A stretch of 64,000 bases of DNA from the human T2T-CHM13v2.0 reference genome, Homo sapiens (GCA_009914755.4 CP068257.2:31840001-31904000); one strand, 5' to 3'; positions 21,948 to 40,277 are shown, counted from the stretch's first letter. Translations and numbers: made by a program. The notes: a model not told the origin generated them from the sequence alone.

Positions 21948-21990
21948 CGACCAATCGGCGTGCAGCAAGTGGCCGGCCGGGGGCAGGGCG
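21948..21990. promoter_or_regulatory. CCAAT box + GC box module, copy 2 (104 bp from copy 1)
   Basis: cgaccaatcggcgtgcagcaagtggccggccgggggcagggcg; near-identical to copy 1. Confidence 0.55.
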
Positions 21991-22629
21991 AGCTCCGAGG
22001 GACGGGGTGGGCTGCTCTGCAGGCCTCCCGGAGCCGGAGTTCAGACCCAGCTATCTACGGTTCCGGGCAGAGCGGGACGGGCCTCTCCTGTCCCCTGCCG
22101 GTGGGCGGCCGCCGCCGGGCTCCCACTGCTGCGTTTCTGCACGCTGACTTGAAGTGCAGTACCGTGAGATTACGTGCGGACGGAGCTCGAGACCCGGGGG
22201 ACCAGGGTTTCCCTTCGCCTATGGCCGATCAGTCTTGTCTGTCTGCGAGCTGCCCAGAGTAGGGAAGGTGCTCCGGGAGGGTTCTCGGGAACGGAGGGTC
22301 TTTAGAGATGCCTTTTTCTAATCCCCTCAATTCAGAAATGGAGCCCCAGAAAGTTGAAGTTAGTAAACCAGGGCTACCCAGCGAGTGCTGGTTACCCGAG
22401 GTGATCCTCACAATACAACTAGTCTTCTGATTTCGCTCGGCGCTCTCCCGTCTATTCACGTAGATTTTTGTCTTTTTTTTTTTTTTTCGTCTTTCTTATA
22501 GTCAGATATCTTTCAGCCTCTTGGATTTTCAACATAACTTTAACAGCGTTTGGAAGCCCCGTCTAAATTTCCTACAGAAATGCCTATAACCATTTAGTTG
22601 TTTGGGGGAAAGTCGAGCTTTGTTTTTTG

Positions 22630-22924
22630 GGTGGTTTGTTTGTTTGTTTTGAGACAGGGTCTTGCTCTGTTGTCCAGGGTGGAGTGCAGTGGTGTGATCT
22701 TGGCTCACTGCAGCCTCTTACCTCCCACGCTCAATCAATCCTCCCACCTCAGCCTTCCGAGTAGCTGGGATTACAGGTGCGCACCACCATGCTTGGCTAA
22801 TTTGTGTATTTTTAGTAGAGACGGGATTTCACCTGGCTGATCCTGAACTCCTGACCTCAGGTGATCCACCCGCCTCTGCCTCCCAAAATGCTGGGATTAC
22901 AAGCGTGGGCCACTGTGCCCAGCC
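22630..22924 (-). mobile_element. Alu, inverted
   Basis: (GTTT)n T-rich head then reverse-complement Alu. Confidence 0.9.
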
Positions 22925-23344
22925 AAGTAGAGTTATTATCAGTGGAAATCTAAAAAGCATTTTACTTGAGGCATAATGAAGTAAAAGGTTTTGTATCATG
23001 GAATTATCACCAAAAATGCCATCCTGGATAATGTTCTCCTATAGCTCTTATACATGGGCTAGGATCTAGGTGTTCAATAAATATGTGCTGAATAATTTAC
23101 TTTTGAAATATGTCACAATGCTGGCATTCCACCAGAAGAGAGGATACAGAAGGGAACACTCTCCTCTCTTTAAGAACCTTTTGAAAGGGGCGGGGGTTGC
23201 ATGTACCATTTTTGTTTTCATTCTGCTAGTAAAATAGTCACTTGACTACACCAAATTGCAAAGAAGGCTGGAAAATGGGGTTTCAGTACTAAGGAAGGAA
23301 AACTAGATATTAGGGGACAATTAGAAGTTTCCAAATCTCATCAC

Positions 23345-24092
23345 TTTTTTTGGGGGGGTGGGGGAGGCATCCCAAAGGGCAGACTGGTTTATTAGGCAGC
23401 AGCCAGGAAAATCAGCGGTTGGACTTGTCCCCACACTCCAGCTCATCCTTCTTGTTGATGGCATAGGAGCTGGAGGAGGCCTTGGTGGCATTGATGAGCT
23501 CATCCGCCAGGCACTCAGCAATGGTCTTGATGTTCCAGAAGGCAGCCTCACGAGTGCCTGTGCACAGCAGCCAGACGACCTGATTCACACAGTGCAGTGG
23601 GGACATGTCCACAGCCTGTTGTCTCACAGTCCCTGCTCGCCCAATGCATGTGGAGTCCTCCCAGGGACCACTGTTGATGATGGCGTTCACCAGGACCTGG
23701 AGAGGGTTCTCGCCTGTGAGCAGGTGGATGAAATCGAAGGCATGCTTGATGATGCACATGATCATGAGCTTGTTGCTGTTGTTGCAGCCGTGCATCATCA
23801 TGGAGTTAGTGAGGGGCTCCACAATGGGGCACTGAGCTTTGCGGAAGCATTTGGCTGCATACCACCCAGCACTGTGAGGCAGGTACTTGGCATACTTCTC
23901 CTTCACTGCAGTGTAATCCTGCAGGGAAATGCCATTGATCTGCATATCATCAGTGCTCCACTTCCCAGAGAGCTTGATGTCAAGGGGTCTCTGCCACTGC
24001 TGGTGCTGCTGTCTCCCACTCGGTCATCCTGAGGGCACAGCCTGAGTGTCTCTGTCGATCAGCATGGACCACATGCTGCCCTGGCACAGACA
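23345..24092 (-). pseudogene. RPS5 (40S ribosomal protein S5) processed pseudogene, full-length retrocopy
   Basis: Intronless minus-strand copy from 5'UTR through AATAAA (about 23383-23388) and poly(A) remnant. Encodes [15 protein letters not shown] then a frameshift (ccttgac) then [52 protein letters not shown]...[37 protein letters not shown]. Many R>W/C/H and similar CpG-type substitutions. Confidence 0.9.
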
Positions 24093-24774
24093 GGCCATTG
24101 CTTTTTAAAGTACTAATATTTTAAGGTTTCCCAGGATTTTTTTAAGCTTTGTTACAGAATAATATCTGTAGAAAAATGATTACCTCCATATATGAAGGAA
24201 GACATTACTGTTCACCTACCGTTGGGATGCACATGCTTTAAGTTGCTTTTTTAGTAGTGGAGACTTATGTTAATGCAGCTTGTCTGAAGTCCTTTTCTAC
24301 TGCTATAACAGAATAACACAGAACAGGCAATTTATAAACAATAGTGTTTTATTTGGTCCACAGTTCTGGAAGCCGGGAACTCCAAGAGCATGGTGCTGGC
24401 ATCTTGTAAGGATTTTCATGCTGTGTCATCCCATGGTAGAAAACAAGACAGACAGGGGCCAACGAGCATACAAGACAGAAGGAGAAAATCAGGCTGACGC
24501 TATCCTTTTACCAAGAGCCCAATCCCAAGATAACTAACCCACTCCCACAATAACAGCATTAATCCATTCGTGAGGGTGGAGCCCTCATGACCCAATCACA
24601 TCTTCAAGGTTCTACCTCTCAACACGATTACAATAGTAATTAAGTTTCAAACACATGAACTTTTTGGGGACACATTCAAACCATAGCACAATTTGCTTCT
24701 CTCAGTCTATAAACCTCTATTCCACAAAGAGTCAAACATGTATTTAGTTATGCTTTCAAAAATATGGGCATTTG

Positions 24775-25076
24775 GCCGAGCACAGTGCCTCACACCTGTA
24801 ATCCCAGCACTTTGGGAACCAGAGGCGGTTGGATCACCTGAGGTCAGGAGTTCCAGATCAGCCTGGTCAACATGGTAAAATTCCGTCTCAACTAAAAAGA
24901 AAAAACAATTAGCTGGGCATGGTGATACATGCCTGTAATCCCAACTACTCAGGAGGCTGAGGCAGGAGAATCACTTGAATCCGAGAGGCAGAGGTTGCAG
25001 TGAGCCAAGATCACGCCACTGCACTCCAGCCTGGGCGACAGAACAAGACTCCGTCTCAAAAAAAAAAAAAAAAAAG
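24775..25076 (+). mobile_element. Alu
   Basis: Consensus, A-tail, TSD ggcatttg. Confidence 0.9.
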
Positions 25077-25197
25077 GCATTTGAAAGATACGGGGATTAA
25101 GTTGCTGATGTCAACATTTCGCTGTCAATTCCAAATGTACTGATTTAAGTATTTAGTAGAATTGTAAATCAGCCTTTAAAAAAAAAAACCACACATG

Positions 25198-25494
25198 GCC
25201 GGGTGCGGTGGCTCAAGCCTGTAATCCCAGCACTTTGGGAGGCCGAGGCGGACAGACCATGAGGTCAGGCATTCGAGACCAGCCTGGCAAACATGGTGAA
25301 ACCCCGTCTCTACTAAAAATACAAAAATTAGCCAGGCATGGTGGCGCTCACCTGTAATCGCAGCTACTCAAGAGGCTGAAGCAGGAGAATCGCTTGAATC
25401 TGGGAGTCAGAGCTTGCAGTGAGCCGAGATTGCACCACTGCACTCCAGCCTGGGCGACAGAGTGAGACTAAGTCTCAAAAAAAAAAAAAAAAAA
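25198..25494 (+). mobile_element. Alu
   Basis: Consensus, A-tail, TSD aaaaccacacat. Confidence 0.9.
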
Positions 25495-26410
25495 CCACAC
25501 ATTTTCTAATTCAATTGGTATTCTACCATGTAGCTACTGAAGCATATGTTTTGTTAAATTCCTGTTACCCAAGCACTTCAGAGAGGCACTCCTAGATTCT
25601 GGAGACATTGTGACTTCAGGACCATTTTCAGGTTTGGGCCAGGACAGGTTCTGAAAGATCTACTTCACCTAAAACTAGACAGAAAATGCAGTCCAGTTGG
25701 TACAAGCCTATTAAGAGAAAGGAACAATCCAGGCTGTCCTTCACGCTACGCCCCATGGGTTCTAGTTTATTCTCTCTCAGGGCTGCTTCATGAACTTACT
25801 CTGATAGAGTGGTATTCACGTCCATCTTTTGAGTGTACAAGCCAAATGTGTACCACAGGAACTATCTGAAAGGCTAAAACATGTTGCATAAACAGGTACT
25901 TCCCAAAATATTCTCTTTCTCCATATGCTTATGTGGTTGTATAACAAAAAGATTCATCTGAATAAGTCTTAGGCAGCTATTAGAACTGTTGTATTTTGAT
26001 AAAGGTGTCTTGAGACTAAGGTCATACTTCCTGTGGGTCTGAAATGGACTCTCTCCTGAAAGGATGGCTATTCAGTGTCAGTCATTTAGGAGAAAAGACT
26101 GATCTTTAGATGGGAAACAAAAAACCAAGGCCTGGAAGATAATTTGACTCCAGCAGAAGAGGAAATACTTCTTTCCACATCTAGACTCTGAAGACAGTGT
26201 ATACATTTGTCAGTTGGTCTCTTTCAGTTATAAGTAACAGAAAAGAACATCTCAAACTGGCTTAAATAATGAGTAGGATTCTGTGGCTCATGGAACTGGA
26301 GGATCAGAGTTATCATGGGTGTTATGGTCTGAATGATTATGTCTCCTCAAAACTCTTATGCCAGGGTACTATATTAGTCCATTTTCACACTGCTATAAAA
26401 ACATTACCTG

Positions 26411-26980
<570 letters not shown>

Positions 26981-27013
26981 AATCAAAAAGATTTTTTTAA
27001 AAAAATGCATTCA

Positions 27014-27309
<296 letters not shown>

Positions 27310-27313
27310 TTAG

Positions 27314-27839
<526 letters not shown>

Positions 27840-28190
27840 TCGAATTCCCACTTTTAACAAGAGTCACAAAATTACTGCCTTCTAAAATGTTTTTGGAACT
27901 ATAGCTCTTATTAAGCAACATTCCATACTGTTCACAATTTTATTTACAGTGATACTATCATTGTAGAAACCAAATGACAAATCATTCAATAAATTATAAT
28001 CACATATTATGCCAATTAATGCTGCAGCATCTAAGCTAAAGGCCAAAAATTTCTTTTTGAAGGTGTAGTTTTGTTTGTTGTTTTAACTATCACACATTTT
28101 ACAAAATAACACTTTCTTCCAAAATGCAGGTGGTGAGTCCCTCACTTCTGAACCACTTCTGTAACACAGCACTCTGGATTAAAGAAGGAA

Positions 28191-28240
28191 ACACTGCACT
28201 CCAGCCTGGGCAACAACAGCAAAACTCCATTTCAAAAAAA
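28191..28240 (+). mobile_element. Alu 3'-end remnant
   Basis: cactgcactccagcctgggcaacaacagcaaaactccatttcaaaaaaa. Confidence 0.7.
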
Positions 28241-28255
28241 CAAAGTGGCCACTGG

Positions 28256-28554
<299 letters not shown>

Positions 28555-29130
28555 GCGGACACTGGAGTTTTTTTCTAGAATTGCTAAATCAACTAGCTTC
28601 ACTGATTTCTGCAGCCAATAAACCATCAAGTTAGACAGGAAAAAGTAGAATCTGGATGTTTGGTGTGTTTTTCATTCAGTACCCACAGAGAAGGCCCTCA
28701 TAAAAAGAAAAGTACAGTAATTCCAGTAGGCTAATTTTCTGATCTTAATATTTCCACCCATATGGAGGGTGTCCCAAAAGTCTTGGAACGGTTTTGAGCC
28801 TTAATAAGTTCAGGAATATAAATCCAGCAAGCTCGTTTAAAAAAAAAAGTCATCTGGAGGTTTAATTGGTTAAATTTCATAACACTTCAGTTTTGTGACT
28901 TTTGATAACATATTTTTCGGTTTCCCTGTTGTTTAAGTACCTATGTTTGAAAATGGCAACAGTCACTGCTTTTAAGTTAGTTATTACAGCTCAAAACTGC
29001 ACCAAAACTTTTGGAATTCATGTATGATTCCTAAGTCAGAAACCTGATCCTAGCTCATTTCACTGGATGACCAACATTTTAACACTAGAATGAACTAAAT
29101 TATTTTCTTTAGAAGTTTCAGTTATTTTTG

Positions 29131-29860
<730 letters not shown>

Positions 29861-30058
29861 AGGAGTTTCAGTTATTTTCTTTTCTTGCTATATCCTCAGG
29901 ACAAACCTGATAGGTTTCTCACTCACACATCATTGGCTATGTGATTAGTTTTGTGATAAGTACAATGGCACAATTCTTAAATTCTTGTATTATAGCAATA
30001 AATCTCATTTTCCATGTAAAGTGTCAGTGGAACTAAGAATGATTTATGATAGTAAACA

Positions 30059-31225
30059 TCAAAATGATCGTATTTTAATAAATTTCCACAGATTCATCCA
30101 GTTTAAAAAACCTTTCTTGATTTCAGGTGTTTTCTCTCCTTCTCCTTGATCAAGGTTATTTGGGTTTCTATCTGTGACTTCTTTTGTTTTTATAAGGGTC
30201 TCGTATATTTTCTGGGCTCTGACAATTTCTTTCTGAGCATCAAAATGGACTTTTTGCCTGGTCAGGATGGGAACAATTAAATTAAAATCATTAATTCGCT
30301 TGTTTAATTTTCTGATGTTTTCTTGAAACTGCTCACAAACATGGTTCCACTGTTTCTTTTCAGTTGGTGTCATTGGATTCCCAAGTTTTTTCCTAGACAC
30401 TAAAATTGCCTCTCTGAGTTGCTCAATAGTATCGCTTATTTCCTTTTGCTTAAGGATCCATTCTGGTTGGTATCCATTATCGATCAGTATTCGGTTCAGG
30501 TTGTGAGTCATGGGATCAATGTAAGAACAGTCAGAAAACTTTTTCAGAGGTTTTCCTTTCCCACTGAGATTGTCAAAGTCTCCTTTTGCCATGGATTCTT
30601 GAATGAGGTCCTCCACTAAACGTTCTATAGCTTGCGTTATCTTTTGCTGTTTGCTCTGTCTTATATTTTTAACAATTACACTATCAGGAAAATACTGGCT
30701 TTGTAGTTTCTGCTTTTGATATTCCATCACTTGTTCAGCAGCACGGTCTGCCCTAAATTGCCTATAATGCTTCTCTCGTTGAGTTGGAGTCCCAAAACCA
30801 ATACCTTCAAAACTTAAATAATGTCGGTGTTGGGGTGTTTTATATTTGAATTTTTCTACATCTTCTTCTTCTTCACCTTTACTCTGACTGGCATTTGTTT
30901 GTTCTATCACATGGGAGAGCACCTTTCTATAAGCTTTTTCAATCCTTATAAATGTTGCAGAATCAGCAGTATTAGAGCCACTGTCAGGATGATATTGCTT
31001 GGCAAGCTTATGAAAAGATTCCCTGACTTCATCTGCAGAGCATCCTTCCTCCACGTTCAGCAGTCTATAATATTCTCTGATCTTCTTTTTGGATTTATGG
31101 GTTGACATCATTCTATTTCTAATGATACCAAAATATGGAAGCATTTTCACTCGATTAGGAATCACTGTAGCCTTTATCAGGTGAGATCTTAAGATCTGAG
31201 CCATCATCACATACATTGTATTCAT
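30059..31225 (-). CDS. DNAJC28: DNAJC28 (DnaJ homolog subfamily C member 28) complete CDS, 388 aa, single coding exon
   Basis: Minus-strand [84 protein letters not shown]... (J-domain with HPD motif) ...[11 protein letters not shown] at 30059-30061. Confidence 0.95.
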
Positions 31226-31256
31226 TATTGTACCCAGAGTTCTTCCTAGCAATGAC
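31226..31256 (-). other. DNAJC28: DNAJC28 exon 2 5'UTR segment; splice acceptor at 31257-31258
   Basis: Minus strand ttgttgtcgttttatag|GTCATTGCTAGG...; the reading frame stays open across the acceptor. Confidence 0.6.
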
Positions 31257-31396
31257 CTATAAAACGACAACAAATATAGGTTGAACAAAGTTGTATTATC
31301 AGTTAATTTCTTATTTTCAGCAATAAGGTAAAAGATACAGCATGAATTTATAAGTACAACAAGGGGCAGTTCTTTTGAATGCTGCTGTCAACTTTT

Positions 31397-31621
31397 TCCT
31401 TTTTTTTTTTTTTTTGAGACAGAGTCTCGCTCTGTCACCCAGGCTGGAGTGCAGTGGTGCCTCCACCTCCAGAGCCACGCCTAGCTAATTTTTTTGTATT
31501 TTTAGTAGAGAAGGGGTTTCACCATATCGCCCAGGCTGGTCTGGATATCCTGACATGGTTATCTGCCCGCCTCGGCCTCCCAAAGTGCTGGGATTACAGG
31601 TATGAGCCACTGCGCTCAGCC
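31397..31621 (-). mobile_element. Alu with internal deletion, inverted
   Basis: T-run then reverse-complement Alu. Confidence 0.85.
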
Positions 31622-32237
<616 letters not shown>

Positions 32238-32324
32238 CCCACCAGCTGCATTCTTATAGCTATATTTCACTGATGTGGGCAGAAAAGTGGAAGCTGATGA
32301 AGTTTAGTGTTAACATATTGTGGG

Positions 32325-32636
<312 letters not shown>

Positions 32637-33169
32637 CTAACCGTATATTTTACAAGTGGAAAGTTCTTAGAGATCATCTAATCCAATCTTCTCATTTAAT
32701 GAGAAAACGTAGGTCCGGAAGGTTAAGCAATTTAACCAAGTCCCATAACAAGGTGTAAGCAAAATGGTTAGGGGTGGGCACAGTAAAAAAGGAGGCTTGC
32801 TTAACTGTCTATACCTCCAGCCGATTATAAACTGCACGAGAGTCTGCATCATCTCAAGAAGTCTTCTCATAAGACGACTTATGGACAAGGTACGTACCTG
32901 GTCTGATACTGGATTGAATAGAATCAAGTGTCCAAAAGACTTTAAGCTCCACAGCTCGCTAGGAAGGAGCTATCTGCCAGAGGCCAGAAAAACCATGATG
33001 AATTGTGAGGCCTCCCAACACGTTTGCTGCTATTGCAATAACATGGTCTCGAAGAGGAGGAAGACTTGTACACTGACAATGGCCAAAAAATACTGGAAGT
33101 GGCTTAATTGGAATTGGGATATATAAACGCTAAAACGGAGCTCCTGAGACCCCCTATTTTCTAGGCAAT

Positions 33170-33800
33170 CGGTGCCAACGGTCTGGGAGCCGGCTGCGAA
33201 GGTGGTTATCATGGCAAGGGAGGTCGGTCCTGCCCCGCCCCCTCCTCACCTGCGCAGACCTGGGGTAGGGGTTCCGCGGCTCCCGCCCCCCTGCCGCGCC
33301 TCTGCGCATGCGTGCGCGGTCCGCCCTTCACTGCGGGTGTCCCTCCCACCGCCTCCAGCTGGTGCCTCCGCCGGGCTAGACCATTTGCCACTTTACACTG
33401 AGGGGCTCGGGGGTACGGAAGGCAGAATCGTACCTGATTGGGACAGGTGACCTTACCAGGAAAACGGACAATCTTCCGCCAAACGAACTTTACCCCGGAG
33501 GACCCAGGCAGGGCACCTCGGGAGCCTTCGTCCCGACCGGGGACCACCAGCTCCACCTCCGTCCCCGCCCCGAGCGGAGGTGGTCCGGCCGATTGGGATT
33601 GTGGGAGATGTAGTTCGCTAGAAGGGGCGATGTGCGCCTGCGCCTCTCGGGAGGGACTTAGGGGGCGTCGAAAATGATGTAAAGACCGAGTTGGCGGCGT
33701 GGGGAGTTGTGGCTCGGAGGGCGAGGGTAACTTTCTGGGGGCAGGGGAAGGCAAGGCTGTTTCCCCGGAACGGGACCGGAACAGGTTTATTCGGGGTCAC
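33170..33800. promoter_or_regulatory. DNAJC28: CpG island; presumptive DNAJC28 promoter and non-coding exon 1
   Basis: High CpG/G+C block about 2 kb upstream (minus strand) of DNAJC28 coding exon; GC boxes (ccccgcccc at about 33232); candidate minus-strand donors (about 33453 CTG|gtaagg, about 33247 GCAG|gtgagg). Confidence 0.65.
33302..33317. promoter_or_regulatory. NRF-1-like palindromic motif
   Basis: tgcgcatgcgtgcgcg contains GCGCATGCG core. Confidence 0.45.
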
Positions 33801-34127
33801 AGAAGGAGTCACCTGCGCAGATACATGAGGCTTAAAACCTGCCCTTTTATTAATTCAAGTACTGTTGAGGGGCTGGCGACAGGCCAGAGGACAAAATCAA
33901 AATAGGGATCTTCTGGCTTGGAGTTCAACCACTGACGTGGGGACTGAGCATTTCCCCTCTCTGTACAGGAAGCAAGTTTTTTAACAAGGAAAAAGAAAAA
34001 GGATAAAAAGAAAAAGGCAGAGGCTTGGGAGTTTTCAGATCTGGGTTGAAAATCCTGTTTCTTCTGCTTGCACCTTAGGCAAGATACCTGCAAAATGAGA
34101 GTTGCAATAAATAGTAAACTATAGTAA

Positions 34128-34454
<327 letters not shown>

Positions 34455-34812
34455 ATTCATTTAATCTTTACAACAGCCCTCTGAGATAAATGCTGTTATT
34501 TTCCCTATTTTACATATAATGAAATAATAATTGTATCAACTTCATTGACTTTTTTAGGGGGAGAATTACACAATGTATGTAAACCACTTGGCACTGTGCC
34601 TCGCACATTAAGCAATATTTTTTGTTATGACTGTGTCTCCTAAAAGGAGCCAGAAATAGGTATTAGCCTCCTCAGCTTCTACATCATAAACATTAGAATC
34701 ATTTATTGCCATCTATGTAGGAACACAGAAAAAGATACAGTATAAACTCTGATTCTGAGGGCTTTAGTTATAAGCAAACAATCAACAAAATAACTCATGT
34801 GAAAGAAAATAG

Positions 34813-35111
<299 letters not shown>

Positions 35112-35134
35112 ACCTGGCCACTAAAAAATTTTTA

Positions 35135-35701
<567 letters not shown>

Positions 35702-36047
35702 GTAAAATTAAAATACACTCCAAGTGTCAACACTTCACGCAGAAAACAGAAATGTTGAAGTTAGCCTTGCTTCCCCAGCTGCTCAAGGACCTTTTGAAAT
35801 CTTCAACTGAGTGCCCAGCGAAGGCTGGGGAAGGGGCGGGGACTGTCCATCCTCCTTCCCAATACCAGTGGTTTATCAGTGTATTCAGCCCACAAAGCAA
35901 GTCCCTTCTCTAGGTACAGGGGAAAATTTCATTAGTAAAAAAATAAGAATTTTCCCCTTCAATCCATTAAAATTATAAAAATACATAAAACAAGATAGAA
36001 ATGACAGAATGTTCTCAATAAATTGACCATATAAAAGGCCATACTCT

Positions 36048-36740
<693 letters not shown>

Positions 36741-36889
36741 CACACAAACTTTGGAATCTTGATTACCTCTGAAAATCTTCGGGTAGACGGGGGAGTGTCC
36801 CAAGATTTTCATTTTGAACCACTGTTCATAATAGGAAGAATAAAGTCAAATTACAGAGAGAGAAATAAATTATGAAAGATTCCATGCTA

Positions 36890-37065
36890 TAGACCAGTGC
36901 CGTGGCACATACCTGTGGTCTCAGCTACTCAGGAGGTAGGAGGATCGCTTGAGCCCAGGAGTTTGAGGCTTCAGTGAGCTATAATCGTGCCACTGTTATT
37001 CCCGCCTGGGTGATAGGTGAGACCCTGTCTCTTAAAAAAAAGAAAGAAAAACGAAAGAAAGAAAC
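36890..37065 (+). mobile_element. Alu right monomer (FRAM-like)
   Basis: Right arm only, (AAAG)n tail. Confidence 0.7.
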
Positions 37066-37382
37066 AGTGCAGTCATAAAAGAGAATGAGATCATGTCTTT
37101 TGCGGGAACATGGATGGAGCTGGAGGCCATTATTCTCAGCAAACTAACGCAGAAACAGAAAACCAAACACTGCATGTTCTCACTTATAAATGGGAGCTAC
37201 ATGATGAGAACTTAGGAACACAAGGAAACAACAGACACTGGGGTCTGCTTGAGGTGGGAGGGTGGGAGGAGGGAGCGGAGGAAAACAGAGAGCTATTGGG
37301 TACTGGGCTAAATACCTGCATGATGAAGTAATCTGTACACCAACCCCCCATGACATAAGTGCACCTATGTACCCCTTATAGG
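37066..37382 (+). mobile_element. L1 3' end (ORF2 terminus + 3'UTR), L1PA-like
   Basis: gagatcatgtcttttgcgggaacatggatggagctggaggccattattctcagcaaacta...aaatacctgcatgatgaag... Confidence 0.7.
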
Positions 37383-37469
37383 TGTAAGCCACCGCGCCCG
37401 GCCAGTAATTACAATAAGGAGACGCTATGTACAGTTGTCTCCCTCCAGATGACCTGGTCACTTCTCCAC

Positions 37470-37880
37470 TCTTTGGGCTAAATTGTGCCCCCCATGTTGA
37501 AGCCCTAACCCCCAGTACTTTAGAATGTGACTGCATTTGGAGATAAGTTATTTAAAGAGGTGATTAAGTTAAAATGAGGCTGTTAAAGTGGGTGATAATC
37601 CAATCTGACTGACATCCTTATAAAAGGAGGAAATTTGGCCCCAGAGAGACATCAGGGTTGTGCACACACTGAGCAACGTCCCTGTGAGGACACAGAAAGA
37701 AGGCAGCCATCTGCCGGCCAAGGAGAGGCCTCAGGAGAAACCCACTCTGCAGACACCTTGACCTTGGACTTCCAGTCTCCACGACTGTGGGAGAATAATG
37801 GTCTCCCGTAGTTGAAGACCCAGTCTGTGGTGCTTTGTCACATCAGCCCCACCAGACCAACACAGCAGGTGTCTTTGATC
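37470..37880. repeat. Old interspersed repeat, LTR-like (family unresolved)
   Basis: Resembles a familiar human repeat consensus (tgtg-cccc-catgttgaag...tgtgactgcatttggagataag...ttataaaaggaggaaatttgg...ccatctgc-ggccaaggagaggcctcaggagaaac...ccttggacttccagtctcca); I could not name it. Confidence 0.3.
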
Positions 37881-38703
37881 CTTATACATCCCTTCAGTAG
37901 GTCCCAGGGATTTGTGTTACCCAAAATGTTTCCTCCCAGATGGAAAACTCTGAAAGCAGGTGGAAGCTTTCCCCCTCATTTTCCTCTTGCTGAACACACC
38001 CCTGCCCTGCAGGACCAGCTGTGGGCTGCTGCCTCCTGCTTTCCTCTTTCGAAGTCATTCTGCCAACTTGGAGATTTGGATTTGGGTGAGATGTGCTGGG
38101 GGTGGGATGTGGGGCAGAGTCTCCCCATCCGAAGAAAGGAGTTTCTGATCCTGGGATTTCGGGTTTGCTGAAGGGTGCTTGTGCGGGTGGCACTGACTTT
38201 TCTCTCTTCTTGCTGTAGTTGGCCTCTAAGAGAAAGGCACCAGAAGCTCGTTCTCCGCTCTTTGAGACACCTTTCTTCAAGCTTCACAGCGTCCCTCTCT
38301 CTCTCTCCTGGGTCCCCCTACTGCACAGCCTACTCATACCCAGTGTCCTTGGCTGGCTCCGCCCTTCTCATGCAATTGGTGCTCTCAGATTCCACACCTC
38401 TACATTATGTTCATTATCTACTCTCCCTTGCCAATGCCAACGCCAATGCCTAAACCTCCTCCTCGAAGCTAATGACTGACCCCACAGTGGTGTCACAGTG
38501 TTGAATACAGGAATCCCTCAAGGTGTACAAAGAAGTCCCACCTCCCCTCTAAGTATCATCCCTCCCTCAATTTGCAAAAGAAAGGCACACCCCTCATTTA
38601 CCCCAGACTGTTAACACCTTCCAGGCAGCAAAGGTGCAACTGAAAAGGTTGATTTACTGTGGGTGCTGAAGAAGGAAAATTAATCCTTTACAGATTGGAT
38701 GGT

Positions 38704-39303
<600 letters not shown>

Positions 39304-39509
39304 GTTGCGTGGTTTCCAATACTTGGTTTTCAACAAAAGTGAAGGAGGATCTAATAGACTCCTCAGCTGAATATTTCATTTGAAATGATTTTCAGTGGTA
39401 GATTTTCCTGGTGCATATAACTGAAGCATTCAAGGAGTTGAGTGATATTGTTATAACAACTATTTTTTTTTCCTGTGACTTTCTGGAGTTTGGTGATGTC
39501 GGAAATTTA

Positions 39510-40277
<768 letters not shown>

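Larger units (their letters stand above)
20790..22270. promoter_or_regulatory. TMEM50B: CpG island; presumptive TMEM50B promoter/5' exon region
   Basis: Very high G+C and CpG density, GC boxes and CCAAT boxes; lies about 20 kb upstream on the minus strand of the TMEM50B ATG exon. Confidence 0.75.

Noticed and set aside
21076-22262. Many long overlapping ORFs in all frames (up to 281 aa, 21307-22152 +)
   Set aside because: They lie entirely in a CpG island; stop codons are rare at about 75% G+C, and the products are low-complexity R/G/A/P-rich. ORF length here is not evidence of coding.
23358-24032. 224-aa plus-strand ORF
   Set aside because: It is antisense to the RPS5 retrocopy. The sense strand carries the recognisable RPS5 protein, and this one has no similarity to anything I recognise.
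32764-33126. 120-aa plus-strand ORF just upstream of the DNAJC28 CpG island
   Set aside because: No recognisable domains or splice context; chance ORF in promoter-flanking DNA.
37812-38287. Cluster of 100-130 aa ORFs on both strands in unique intergenic DNA
   Set aside because: Mutually overlapping, low-complexity, no splice structure. One of them overlaps the LTR-like repeat at 37470-37880; the rest lie in unique DNA.
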